A stretch of DNA of 63,070 bases, the filler included, from Licmophora abbreviata (Eukaryota), in assembly GCA_900291995.1 (NCBI GenBank). It is 9 parts of 9 records of this genome, joined end to end, with 100 filler letters (N's around TTAATTAATTAA, not from the genome) between each part and the next. Parts side by side here need not be neighbours in the genome. Positions count along the whole stretch, not along the records: positions 49,108 to 55,341 come from OLMU01001419.1; positions 55,442 to 58,142 come from OLMU01001420.1; positions 58,243 to 61,056 come from OLMU01001422.1; 6 more parts are not named here. One strand, given 5' to 3'. A program made the translations under genes and the position numbers. This document shows, one piece after another, positions 49,389-60,324 of this stretch (positions within the stretch are counted from its first letter, which is position 1; every line of letters starts with the position of its first letter). The notes under the pieces were generated by a model, which was not told where the DNA came from, did no database searches, and was given only the letters and a program-made list of their open reading frames with translations.

Positions 49389-51717
49389 ATGACCGTGTCA
49401 AAGTACGCATTGCTTCTCTCAGTACTGTCTGCGGCATGCCTTGTCGCACGCGTCGATGGTGTCCTTCAGACCGCAGGCTTGGACGTACATTTACGAAATG
49501 GCACGACCTACACTCTGTTGGTTTCACAAGCCTCCTTTGGCTCCTACCCCAAAATGACTCCCCAAGACAACGAGGCACTGGCTGGAATCCTACTTCCTCC
49601 CTCGGACAATACTCTCTTGTGTCATAACGTCACCAGCCTCCCCGTCCTCATCGCTTCAGAAGATGTTCCACGGTGGCCTCATGCTGGTCGGTAGGGGAAA
49701 CTGTACCTTTGAGCAAAAGGCATACACGGCCCAGCAGCTTGGCGCCAGCGCCGTGGCGGTCTATGGGACACTGGCAAGTCGGTATACGCTCAATACCACC
49801 AAGTACGTCAACGAGACCAATCACGAATACACTGCAGAGGACATTGTGTATCCACAGCAGTACTACGATTACGATTGCAGCTACGGTCGAGCCGAAATTC
49901 CCAAACCCCAAATTCAGATGGAGCCGCTTCCCTACAATACAGTACACAACGATCCGCTGCTGTCGGGTCCCGACAGTCTGTGCGTGCAGAATGCACCTGA
50001 TGCTTTGAAGTCATGTCCGTCCCAAGCGTGCTTGCTCACCAACAAAGCTATCGAGCACAAGTCAGATGCACTGGAAGCCTGCTGCGCCTGGGACATGGCC
50101 ATCTGGTTGTATAACGATCCGACGTTTGACGGAACCGAAGTGACGATTCCCGCGTTTTATCTTACGATGCAACAGGCTGCACAGCTCATGGGCGACAGCA
50201 GCAAGATTCTGGATACGACTCTGTATTCTCGATACCGTCCCCTGTATAATCCTTCGGCGCCCTTGATCTGGGCGCTCGGTGTCATTGTGGCAACGATTGC
50301 TGCCTATATGTCGTCCAGCGACTACCGTGATGCCAAACAACAAATTCTCAAGCACAATGCCAGAAATAGTAGTACCATGGAGAATGCAGAGGAGCGGCGT
50401 GATGTGGAGTCTGCACCTCCGCCTCCGATTGTGCAGTACGCGTCGTCGTCCTTGGGAGAGGAGAGTCTGGAGCTGAATGCGGGACATGCTCTAGGATTTA
50501 TTGTCATGGCATCGTCGGGTCTCTTTATTCTCTTCTTCTTCAAGGTAAGCTGTGAAAATCAATGATTTGATAGTAGATGCACCAATTGTGGATTTTCGCG
50601 TGCCGCCGTCTCACAGTGCTCGCTTCCATACTCACGCGACTCCCAGATTTACAGCGTCGTCAAGGTCATGTATGCGGTTGGATGTTCCAAAGCCGTCTCG
50701 CAAATTATCTTCTTTCCCATGATTTCCTTTATCGGGCGACGTTGCAATATTCGTGACAAGCTGGTCTGGCGAACTAACACGGAAGATTTCGGAGACATTA
50801 CGCTCTTTGAAATTGTCTCCATGACATGCGGCTTTTGTCTTGGACTTGTCTGGTTGATTATTGCCTTTACAGTGCGACATGCCGACCGCATGCCCTTCTT
50901 TTGGATAACCCAAGACCTCATGGGAGCCTGCATGTGCATCCTCTTCCTTTCCGTCATCAAGCTAAACAGTATCCATGTGGCGTCCATCTTGTTGATTGTG
51001 GCGTTCTTCTACGACATTTTCTTTGTATTTGTCACGCCGCTACTGTTCAAGGGCCAGTCCATCATGATTACTGTTGCCACGAGTGGTGGACCGCCCAAGG
51101 CGGATCCAAGTTGGTGTGAAAAGTATCCTGACGATGCCAATTGCCAAGGTGGCGATCCTCTACCCATGCTTCTCACGGTCCCTCGCATTGGCGACTACAT
51201 GGGAGGTGCGAGTATGCTTGGACTTGGCGACATTGTGTTGCCCGGTCTCCTCTTGAGCTTTGCGGCTCGACTCGATGCTGCCAAGGGCCTTTTGGGAGTT
51301 ATTGGTGGTGGCAATGGTAGTGTTCGTGCCTACACATGCCCTGAAGATCGGTGCTTTGGCAGGTTTCGCATTTGCAATGGGGGATACTTTGCACCGCTCG
51401 TGATTGCCTATGCTGTGGGGCTATTGATGGCCAATGCCGCCGTGTATATCATGAATATGGGTCAACCAGCGCTGCTATATCTAGTTCCGTGCTGTCTCGG
51501 TACCATGGCATATCTCGGGTGGCGACGGAACGAGTTGCGAGGTCTCTGGCACGGTCCGAAATCAATACGGACGGCGGACTCCATCGTGTACGGGGAAGTC
51601 GAGGTGGATGTCGTCGCAGATCCTGGACATACGCCTGTCCCTACGGAAGATGGCATCGAGACACAGGCGGCTCCATCGGCGCAAGACGGGCAAGGGGGTG
51701 AACCACTGCTCACATGA
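49389..51717 (+). CDS. SPPL2: Signal peptide peptidase-like 2 (PA domain + GxGD intramembrane aspartyl protease); intron 50545-50646; frameshift ~49642
   Basis: Signal peptide, PA motif RGNCTFEQKA, FFYDIFFVF (YD), LGLGDIVLPG (GxGD), GQPALLYLVP. Confidence 0.93.
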
Positions 51718-51815
51718 AAGAAAGCTCAATAACAAGCACACTTCGTAAAGGGACTATAGCAAGCGTCAAGTGCTCTATCGCAACATTTCTATAGTTATTT
51801 TAAGTGTATGCATTC

Positions 51816-53132
51816 TCATCGACTGCTCTCGGAAGTAACAGATGCGGCCGACGCCGACGCAATCAACGCACTCCGAATCGTAAAGAGCTGATCGACCGAC
51901 TTGGCCACTTGATTGGAACCACCAAAGACATCCCGCAGGTCGTAACATACAACGCCAAGTGCCGAGAAGGTCCCGATCAACATGGTCCACAGAATTCGTA
52001 GCTGTATTGAGTTCAAAAAGATCAACAGCTCTTGATTCGTTTCCATCAAGAATGCCACACAAATACTCAGAGCGAGTGCACTGACAATGGCATAATGCAA
52101 AGGCGGGAAGGTCGACTGCAAGGCCGATATTCGTTTCGCCCGATGTGTGTTCAATCGCGTAATGGCTCCGTACGTTTCGTCCATGATGCTGTCCGCTATT
52201 CGATCATTCTTGTTGTTGTTGTTGTTGTTCACATTCCGATTAATCTGTGCCAACATGCCATGCATTTCACTGTCCATTCCGGTCGGTTCGAGTGCATTCA
52301 TCTTGGTCCCTGGTTGACTTTCCGCAATGACGCGAGATATATATTGAATCAAGTAGGATCGACACTTGCGTTGATCGCTGCCCTGTGCGGGGAACGAGTC
52401 AATCATGGTTTGCAGATAACGCAAGTCACTCGCTTCGAGGTTAATCGTCGTGCGGATATCCAAGAGTCGTTGTCGCAGGATACTGACGGTGTTACTAATG
52501 AGCGTTGCAAACAAGATGGAGATGGCGGGGACAATGACACCATTAATGGCCGGAGCAATGATTTTGGCTTGGTAGGCTCCCCCATCGACCGGAACCCAAT
52601 TACTTTCGCTCAGTACGTTTGTAAAGACATCGACCGTCTGAGCAAGGTTCTCGTAGGAGTAGAACGCGACAATGGGATTGAGAATGGGAATGAACTGCAC
52701 AAAGGTATCAAAGGCAGTCCAGAACTGTCGTTCCGAATTGCTGGCCATGTTGAAGGCGTCCGGATCGATGTGAGGGTCTCCTGGAAGAACACAGTGCACG
52801 CCCTGAACAATGTTTTCGTCCATGTCAAAGAAGGTAGACGAGCTGGGACCCGCTTCGGTCTCGCCGTTGGTCGCGCCGAGTCGTTCCAAGGGAGCGTAGT
52901 GGTAGCAGTACGGTTTCCGGATCAAGTAGCTGTTTCGAGGAAAGATGTAGCGTAGTGTACTTCTACCGGAAGTAGATCTTGACAGCGAACTGTCGAAACT
53001 CACAAAGCCCAAGACAGATCCACATGATAAGAGTAAAACTGAAGAAGAAAGCGGATGCAAGCGACAGTGACGGCGCCGCGATCGATGAAAGTTCTGACGA
53101 CTCTTCTTCGGTGAGTTTTCAATTTTTCTCAT
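51816..53132 (-). CDS. DUF4239/bestrophin-like membrane protein, probably plastid-targeted
   Basis: Hydrophobic segment ending VLG-FVS; ILFATLIS..RQR...INLEA, R..RISALQSTFPPLHY, DLRDVFGG.NQV; about four TM helices. Confidence 0.6.
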   Translation of the reverse strand: MRKIENSPKKSRQNFHRSRRRHCRLHPLSSSVLLLSCGSVLGFVSFDSSLSRSTSGRSTLRYIFPRNSYLIRKPYCYHYAPLERLGATNGETEAGPSSSTFFDMDENIVQGVHCVLPGDPHIDPDAFNMASNSERQFWTAFDTFVQFIPILNPIVAFYSYENLAQTVDVFTNVLSESNWVPVDGGAYQAKIIAPAINGVIVPAISILFATLISNTVSILRQRLLDIRTTINLEASDLRYLQTMIDSFPAQGSDQRKCRSYLIQYISRVIAESQPGTKMNALEPTGMDSEMHGMLAQINRNVNNNNNNKNDRIADSIMDETYGAITRLNTHRAKRISALQSTFPPLHYAIVSALALSICVAFLMETNQELLIFLNSIQLRILWTMLIGTFSALGVVCYDLRDVFGGSNQVAKSVDQLFTIRSALIASASAASVTSESSR

Positions 53133-53491
53133 TTTTTGGCTTTTTCACGTAGCCAAGTTAGGCCGATTGAAAGCACTGCTCACACACAGCAGGACACCCA
53201 AGTGCATGTGGTAGTAGTCTGGCTTCCGCAATGAAACCACACACTGCTGCAAACGAGCGGCGTTGGTTGCGGTGTCGTCGTCGTCACCATTTTGGGTTCG
53301 TCATCGTGACGCCGGCGGTGCTCGAACAGAGTCTCTCCCACTCCCGAGCTCTGCAAAACTAAATTGATCCAGATGGATGGCGACGACGATGCAAGACGGC
53401 GACCATTGTGATGGATGAAACACTCCATGCCCCCACCGGCGTCACCATACCGTGCCGTCCAAGACGCTCCCAGAGTATAGAAAACAATGAG

Positions 53492-55341
53492 ATGACAACG
53501 AACAGACTACTAGCTCGTCGGAGCTGTCGCTTCCAACGAAGTGTATGGACCACCACCACTTGGATCGTTCTGCTGCTGCTCGTCGAGAGGCGTTGGACGC
53601 CGCCGGTGTTTGGCTTTGTTGTTTCGTCGTTGCAGTATGGAAGAACTGCTTTGCGTCGTCCTCTGGTGAACTGTATGGACTTGTCTTCGACAGCCTCAGA
53701 CAGCAGCAACCAAAACTTGTCGCCATCGTCGCCCCGCTCGAATCCTACTACCGCACGTGCCATTCTAGAAACACTCGTTTCTCGCTATGGTGGAGGCGGA
53801 AACGAGACACTGACGACGGAAGACTGGAGGAAAGCACGCAACTACGTATATCAGGCGAGCAGTCGGCTTAGTATGGATCAAGTACAAGATGTACTAGACT
53901 TTCTGGAGAAGAGTGAGTGATGTATTCAGATTGCAGACAAGGAGTATCAGCGATGCGATACCAAGAGTATACTCGCTCACTACATGGGTCTCTCGATACT
54001 CTCCGTTTTCAGCATTCCCAGAGGAACCAGTCCTGATTCGATCCGTCTTGACGACTGCTCCACGCATATTACGAAAAAATGTTTCCACTAATTTGGAACC
54101 GACGCGAGACTTTCTCGTGGGACTCTACGGCGATGCTCTCTTTCGGGAAGCCATTTCGCGCAATCCACAATTGCTTCTGGCGAGTGGCGTGTCGCACGGG
54201 CCGCCCAATGAGAAACTCGAGGCGTACTTGGCCGAGCTGGGGATGAGCATCACTGCAATTGCGAAACTGCAAAAGTCTGCTCCGTTCTTGTTTCACTTGG
54301 ATACGACCAAGGTGGAGTCAATGGTGAACTATCTGTCGGGGTTGCTCGAGAGGGGTGGTTACTCTAATGGGGATGGTGATCATGAAACTTCCGACAGTAA
54401 GACTTTCGCTGCACGGCAGAAGATACTCGCCAAGGTGATCTCGGCGTATCCGCACTTGATGAGTTTGAGCGTGGAGGACAATCTAAGACCGCGCATTCAC
54501 TTCCTTCAAGAGCAGTGCGACTTGACCGATGCTCAAGTGGCTTCTCTGATCAAGTCAAGTTCAGGGATTCTGGGATTGTCAGTGACGGAAAATTTGAAGC
54601 CGACACTGGAATTTCTTTCCAATATGCTCCGATATGCCAACATGACAGACGACGACACGGTGAATCTTCTTCGAAGATGTATCATGGGACATCCCCAGTT
54701 ACTGGCGCTGTCGCTGGAAAATCTGCAAAACAAAGTGGACTACTTTAACGCTATTGAGAGTAGTGCTTTCTTGCAGCAGGTGGATGAGGCTGCAGGCACT
54801 ATGACACTGGCAGGTCGGATTGCGGTGAGGGCGCCTGCCGTGTACTCGTTGAGTTTAAAGGCGAACATCGTACCAAAGGTGGAATTTTTGGCCAAGGTTT
54901 GGGGTACGCCGTATCCTCCTGGAGGTGATGCGGACGCGTCCGACAGCATTTCGGACCGTGACTTATCGCTATCCGTGATGATTGGAGAATATCCGAGTGT
55001 TCTGACACTTAGCCTGGAAGGAAACATACAGCCAACTGTGAGCTTTTTCAATCGAACAGGATACATTTCGTTGGATTCGGACTGGAATGAAGTAGGAACC
55101 TCAACTGTTCGCAAGGGAGACGCTCTGCCATCGCCTCGCATTCGAGGTCGGTACATTGCCGCATCACTCTTCAACCGCTTGCTTCCAAGATGGCATCAAT
55201 TGGTAGCGAACGGTTGGACTGACAAACAGGAAAATCCTGTGAGACTCAGCTTGCCCCCGCTTCATTTGCTAGTGGCAGCGACCGACCGGGCCTTCTGCGA
55301 GCACTTCGACTTTGACTATCAAGACTACAAACGCTTCAAAG
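53492..55341 (+). CDS. mTERF-family organellar protein, 3'-truncated by gap; intron 53913-54012
   Basis: Repeats PRILRKNVSTNLEPTRDFL, YPHLMSLSVEDNLRPRIHFL, ILGLSVTENLKPTLEFL, PAVYSLSLKANIVPKVEFL, YPSVLTLSLEGNIQP; presequence with VFG-FVV. Confidence 0.9.
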
Positions 55342-55441
55342 NNNNNNNNNNNNNNNNNNNNNNNNNNNNNNNNNNNNNNNNNNNNTTAATTAATTAANNN
55401 NNNNNNNNNNNNNNNNNNNNNNNNNNNNNNNNNNNNNNNNN

Positions 55442-56795
55442 CAGAGTCTTGAAGATCCTCTTCGCCTGCCTCCATGATAGTCTCCATCTCGTTAAGCGGT
55501 TTCAAAGGCTTCAATGAATTACGTCGGCGTCTTTTCTTTTTCTTCTTCTTACGACGCTTTCGTTTCGATGCTAGCGAGACAGACTTGGTGGTCGGCCCTG
55601 GTGCGGTAGTAGCATCCACGACAGGAAAAGAGCCTGGAGGCGGAGGCCCTGATTCGGCTTCAGGAACATTGGATGATTTGGAGACTGGAACAGGAGCCAC
55701 TGCCGGTGCGTGATCAACTCGAGCGAGTTTCGGTGATCGCTGGAAGGTAGGTGTTGGCTGTTTGTGCTGCATTTTGGGAGCTGGAGGTACATCCGAACTA
55801 ACCATCCCTCGAGGCTGCTTCGAAAACGTGTGCTCCTCCAAGGTCGGATTGCTCTCGAGGTCCATCGGTGCAGTCTTCATAGTATCTAGCTCCTTTTCAG
55901 ACGAGCGCTTGACATATCGTCTTACAAACAGAGCGATAAGAACAAATGCAACGGCGGCTCCAGCAGCAGACACTGCAATAAGAGTCGAAGAACCCAGAGT
56001 AGCACTCGACGTCGATTCAATGGCGGGCAAGTTCTGAAGAACCAACGTTCGATTGCCCTGATAGACAACTTGGCTAATATCCTTGACAATAATAGTATCT
56101 GAATTCACTGCACTTTGGATGCGTCCCTTCAGATAACTTTCCACCAGCTCGGCATCGCTCCCGGTGTGCATCGCAGTCATGACTCCATTCACTGCAACAC
56201 AAAACTCGTTGTTCGAGTCAACGTTCGTAGAAACACACACGTCTGAGAGTGGAGTACGCGTCAAGAGTGAGAGAGAGCTTCATCATGACGTCAAACTATA
56301 CAAGAGAACTGCGGAATCGGACACCGGTCGCTTACCATTGGAGGCATCCAGCTTGTCTCCTGGCCGACTGTCGAGACTGGCAACATACGTTTCACTAGAA
56401 TCGAGGTGCCTACCTCGATCTCTTTGCAGTCCTCGACTTCTCTGCATATCCTGCAGCTCTAGCTCACATGGCGTCTTCAAACCGATCAGCTGCGCCACGT
56501 TCCATAGCACACTCCACTCGAGTTCACGAAGGTTCTCTTCGACCGTATGTTCGTGATCTTTTGGGATTGTGACTTCATAGTCAAAAGTGACATTCAAAGC
56601 CGTCAAGGCTGTCTCAGTACTATCGAACAGCTCCTCGCAAGAATACTTGATTGGATATCCATCCAACATTTCCAGCTTGGGACCAAACTCGTCAGAATCG
56701 TTGCTGATCCCATTCTGAGACCGGCGTCGCTGCATCATTGCATCCCCTCGCCGCGATGCTTTTCGCGACAGTCTGAAAAAGGATTTCGTCCCCAT
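55442..56795 (-). CDS. Uncharacterised type-I membrane protein with RXL motifs, 3'-truncated by gap; intron 56243-56335
   Basis: Ectodomain FDYEV..C..RGL..RHL..DSRPGD..C..CVAVNGVMT..VVYQG, TM LIAVSAAGAAVAFVLIALFV, basic stop-transfer, Pro-rich tail with poly-K/R; GT-AG intron keeps the frame. Confidence 0.7.
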
Positions 56796-57332
56796 GCTTA
56801 TGCCCCATGTAAAAGATCAGTCGGGTTCAATCGTGAATGAAGCACACACAAGGAACGTTCCGGGAAAGAAGTAAATAGGTGCGTTGGGGTGGCGCTGTCG
56901 TCTTTGACTGCGATCGAGCAGGCACAAATTGTGAGGGATTCAAACTTTCAAACTTTTAAACCGATTGGGCCTACCCAGCGGAATTTCCTTGGTACAAACG
57001 GCTAGAGTGAACGAAAACGACTTATTTGCATGCGAGCCCCTAAACATCATAACGTCACTATGATGTTTTTATGCTCAAATTTCTTATGACACGTACATAG
57101 AATATAAAATGAGTGCGGGAACCGAAGCTTCGGAGCTTCACCTCTCCCAATCATGGTCTTCTCAGGCCACAGCACAATCGTATGCAATCTGCCAGTACAC
57201 ACTCACCACTGCCTGTAATAAAACCTCAAACTCTTCGTACAGGTGTGTGGATATCAAACTGCTATGTATTATACAAAACATGCAGCATATGCTGTTGTTA
57301 CAGAATCAGTCTCCGCTTCCACGAAGTGGCTC

Positions 57333-57408
57333 TTGCTTGCCACGATGACTCTCGCAGACATGCATGATCATTGCTTGCCACGATGACTCTCGCAGAAATG
57401 CATGATCA
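57333..57408. repeat. 38-bp tandem duplication (two copies, one mismatch) just past the stop of the minus-strand gene ending at 57447
   Basis: TTGCTTGCCACGATGACTCTCGCAGA(C/A)ATGCATGATCA at 57333 and 57371. Confidence 0.92.
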
Positions 57409-57446
57409 TTCGCACGCACAAGATCAACCGCACGAGCGCTGTCGTT

Positions 57447-58142
57447 TTAGACTTCCCCAGTGACAGGTTCAATCTGAAGTTCCAAGCTTCCCAGCATACC
57501 ATCCGCCTGTGCCCAACTGTCCGCATCGCTACTACTATCCAACGACGTCGTCCTTCGTCGACTCGCCTGCGCCGACACGGCTCCCGTCGCATGAATTCCC
57601 AAGACTTCACTCCGCATGACGCTACCAACATCAAAGGAATGCGTATTGGGATAGAATGCAGGAGGGAACTCGACACTGACGTCTCCCTCGTCTGTTTCAA
57701 ATACACGACTGCCGCGGCGTGACAAGTTGCCGATCGAAGAGGAGGATGTAGATCTGTTGTCAAAGTCCATACTATCGCTGAATCCTGCTCTGGAATGATA
57801 CGAGTCGTGATCGAGATTGGCGCGATGGACGGCGTTCATAGAGTCCTTGGCCCGTGCGACGCGCGACCGTCGTCGTCGTCGTATGACAATCACGAGGAGG
57901 AGTGAGAGTGTAGACGCAATTCCGACAATGAGTAAAATGCCCAATACATCCATCTTGTCGTTGCCATCATCATTGGGAGAAACTTGTTCATTGATGGGAT
58001 CAGGCAAGTTGTCCTTCCCGTTTTCTGCATCTGATTCAAACCCGGTTCCCAGGAACTTTGCAGTGAACTTGCCCTTGCTGCCGACCGTGACGGCGCCGCT
58101 GTTGAGTTCGTCGGCAATAAAGGTGATGATTTCCGCTGTATC
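57447..58142 (-). CDS. Type-I membrane protein C-terminal half, 5'-truncated by gap
   Basis: Open frame from the gap: DTAEIITFIADELNSG..KFLG, TM VLGILLIVGIASTLSLLLVIVI, RRRRRS, Ser/Asp-rich tail. Confidence 0.7.
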   Translation of the reverse strand, partial: DTAEIITFIADELNSGAVTVGSKGKFTAKFLGTGFESDAENGKDNLPDPINEQVSPNDDGNDKMDVLGILLIVGIASTLSLLLVIVIRRRRRSRVARAKDSMNAVHRANLDHDSYHSRAGFSDSMDFDNRSTSSSSIGNLSRRGSRVFETDEGDVSVEFPPAFYPNTHSFDVGSVMRSEVLGIHATGAVSAQASRRRTTSLDSSSDADSWAQADGMLGSLELQIEPVTGEV

Positions 58143-58368
58143 NNNNNNNNNNNNNNNNNNNNNNNNNNNNNNNNNNNNNNNNNNNNTTAATTAATTAANN
58201 NNNNNNNNNNNNNNNNNNNNNNNNNNNNNNNNNNNNNNNNNNGCGCGACCCGAAACTTGAACGAAATGACGACAAGGATGATCGTGGGTGCAATTCAATC
58301 GCCGACGGACCCTCTCTCCCCGGACAACAGCGCAGTTTGAATAGCCGAACCCTCACCATCGAAGCATA

Positions 58369-60011
58369 ATGCTCCGTCGTTCTGTTGTACCAAGAGCAGA
58401 CATCAGAAAGAATAGGAATGACGGAATATGGCCAGACTCCCCCCTGGACGACGAGGAGGCCCGCCATGGTACTACTACTGCCAGCCACAGCAATTTCCAT
58501 GGTCGTCATTACACAGTTCCTTCCAACAGACACAGGAAATTGAAGCAGCATTCAAGCAAGAGCAGACCAGCAGTCATCTTGTTGATGCTGACTGTTGGTA
58601 TGATTCTACTTTACACATACAACACGCATCATCATGATGTGCTGTTCCGAGGAAGCGACTGGCGCGCACACGCTCGAATCGTCGAGTACGATGGAAGTAC
58701 AGCTCGAATACTGCCACTACTACGGAGCGAGGATGATGAATTACAACAACAACAACAGCAACATTCTACTTCCTCCCACGCGAAACGAATACAAATAAGG
58801 GAACCGGCTCTTACCAAGGAACAAAGTCAGCGTCATACAGACTGGTTGCCGTCGGAGGAGGAGGATGACACGTACGAAGTGGACGAAGACGGATGCGTGC
58901 CACGGCATGAATGGATGACAAAATCTTTTACCAACTGCTATCGGATGCATGAAATCAATATGACGCCGAGGCTAGATTCCTTTGTCTTTATCAACTGTGG
59001 GGGCGATCGATGTGCGTTTCGATTACGAGATACAGATGAACGACAGATTGTATTGAAGACGCAAAAGTAAGTAGCAAAGAACAATACGATCATTCTCGCT
59101 TGTTTCTGGTTCCAGTTCTCTCACTCTCTGTTATATTCACTGTATCATGTTTCATTAGATTCCGCCGGGACTTTGATCCGTACACGTACGATCGGGCCCG
59201 CCACGACGCCGTCGCTATGGAACGCTTGACGTCCTCCTCCTACATTGCCGACATTTACGGTGCCTGCGCCACCTCCCAGCTTGTCGAATACAGCGAGGGT
59301 GGAAACTTGCACGATTTGATCAAACTGGCGCGACTCGCTGGGAACGATCCCATGCCGCGGAAGGACATTTTGCGAATCGGGGTGCAGTTGTCGACGGCTG
59401 TTGCGGACATGCATTCGTTTGAAAGGGACAATGTGACGAGTTTAACGCATCAAGATTTGTGCTGTCATCAGTTTATACTAGTCGATGGGGTGTACAAGTT
59501 GAATGACTTTCATTTGGGAGTCTTTGCGAGGAAGAATGCAGAGACGGGCGAGGCGTGTCACGAATACAAAATTGGGTACAGTCATGACTTGTACAAGATG
59601 CGCGCGCCGGAAGAACAGGCTGGGATGGCCGGGTTTGTGGATCATGCCAAAGTTGATGTCTTCATGCTGGGGAATGTTCTGTATTATGCCTTGAATAAGG
59701 GGTGGCTCTTTCCCGACTACAATACGCATGATACAGGCGTGCTACTGAAACAAGGCGAGCGCAGTCCCTTTCCGAAGCACATTTTAGAAAGTGACGATCC
59801 CGCCGACAAAGCCATGATGCAAGCGATCATGTCGTGCTGGGTACATGATGTGGAAAAGAGACCTACGGCTCGTCAAGTCTCGGACCAGCTCAAACGAGCT
59901 CTGTCGGACATCACTGGAGACGGAACGGAAAATGTGGTTAGGGTAGTCGTACCGCCGCTGCCCAAGGATTATCGATACTCGGACAGCGACTTTTACGACA
60001 ACTTTTACTAG
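58369..60011 (+). CDS. Type-II membrane (lumenal) atypical protein kinase, PKDCC/VLK-like; intron 59067-59158
   Basis: N-terminal signal-anchor helix; GGDRCAF Gly loop, IVLK, DIYGAC, HQDLCCHQFILVDGVYKLNDF (variant catalytic loop), RAPEE, KVDVFMLG, CW..D..KRP. Confidence 0.82.
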
Positions 60012-60324
60012 AATAAACTGTTGAACTTATGTATGATGCTGCTTCTGTTGCTAGAATTGGGGGAGTGAAGTGTGTGCATGAGCGGATAGTTGTAGCGGTA
60101 TACTCCCATCTCGTCGACGATGGCTGGAACACAAAGAAGGGTACGAGGTCTTTGAACGAGCTCTCGTCTCATCGGATGCCTGTCTCGTCGCGTCATGTCA
60201 ATTTTGAATTTTGGAATTTTTGAGTTTTGGATCTCCGGCGCATTGAGCATGGTGGCAGAGCGGCACCTCGGACATTGCGTTTTGACGACACTTTACGCCT
60301 GATTCATACTGGCTTCGAAAAAAC

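Noticed and set aside
52032..52955. Long antisense or alternate-frame ORFs (e.g. 52032-52955, 39603-40397, 27503-28300, 12554-13240)
   Set aside because: Shadows of real genes on the opposite strand, with no recognisable motifs
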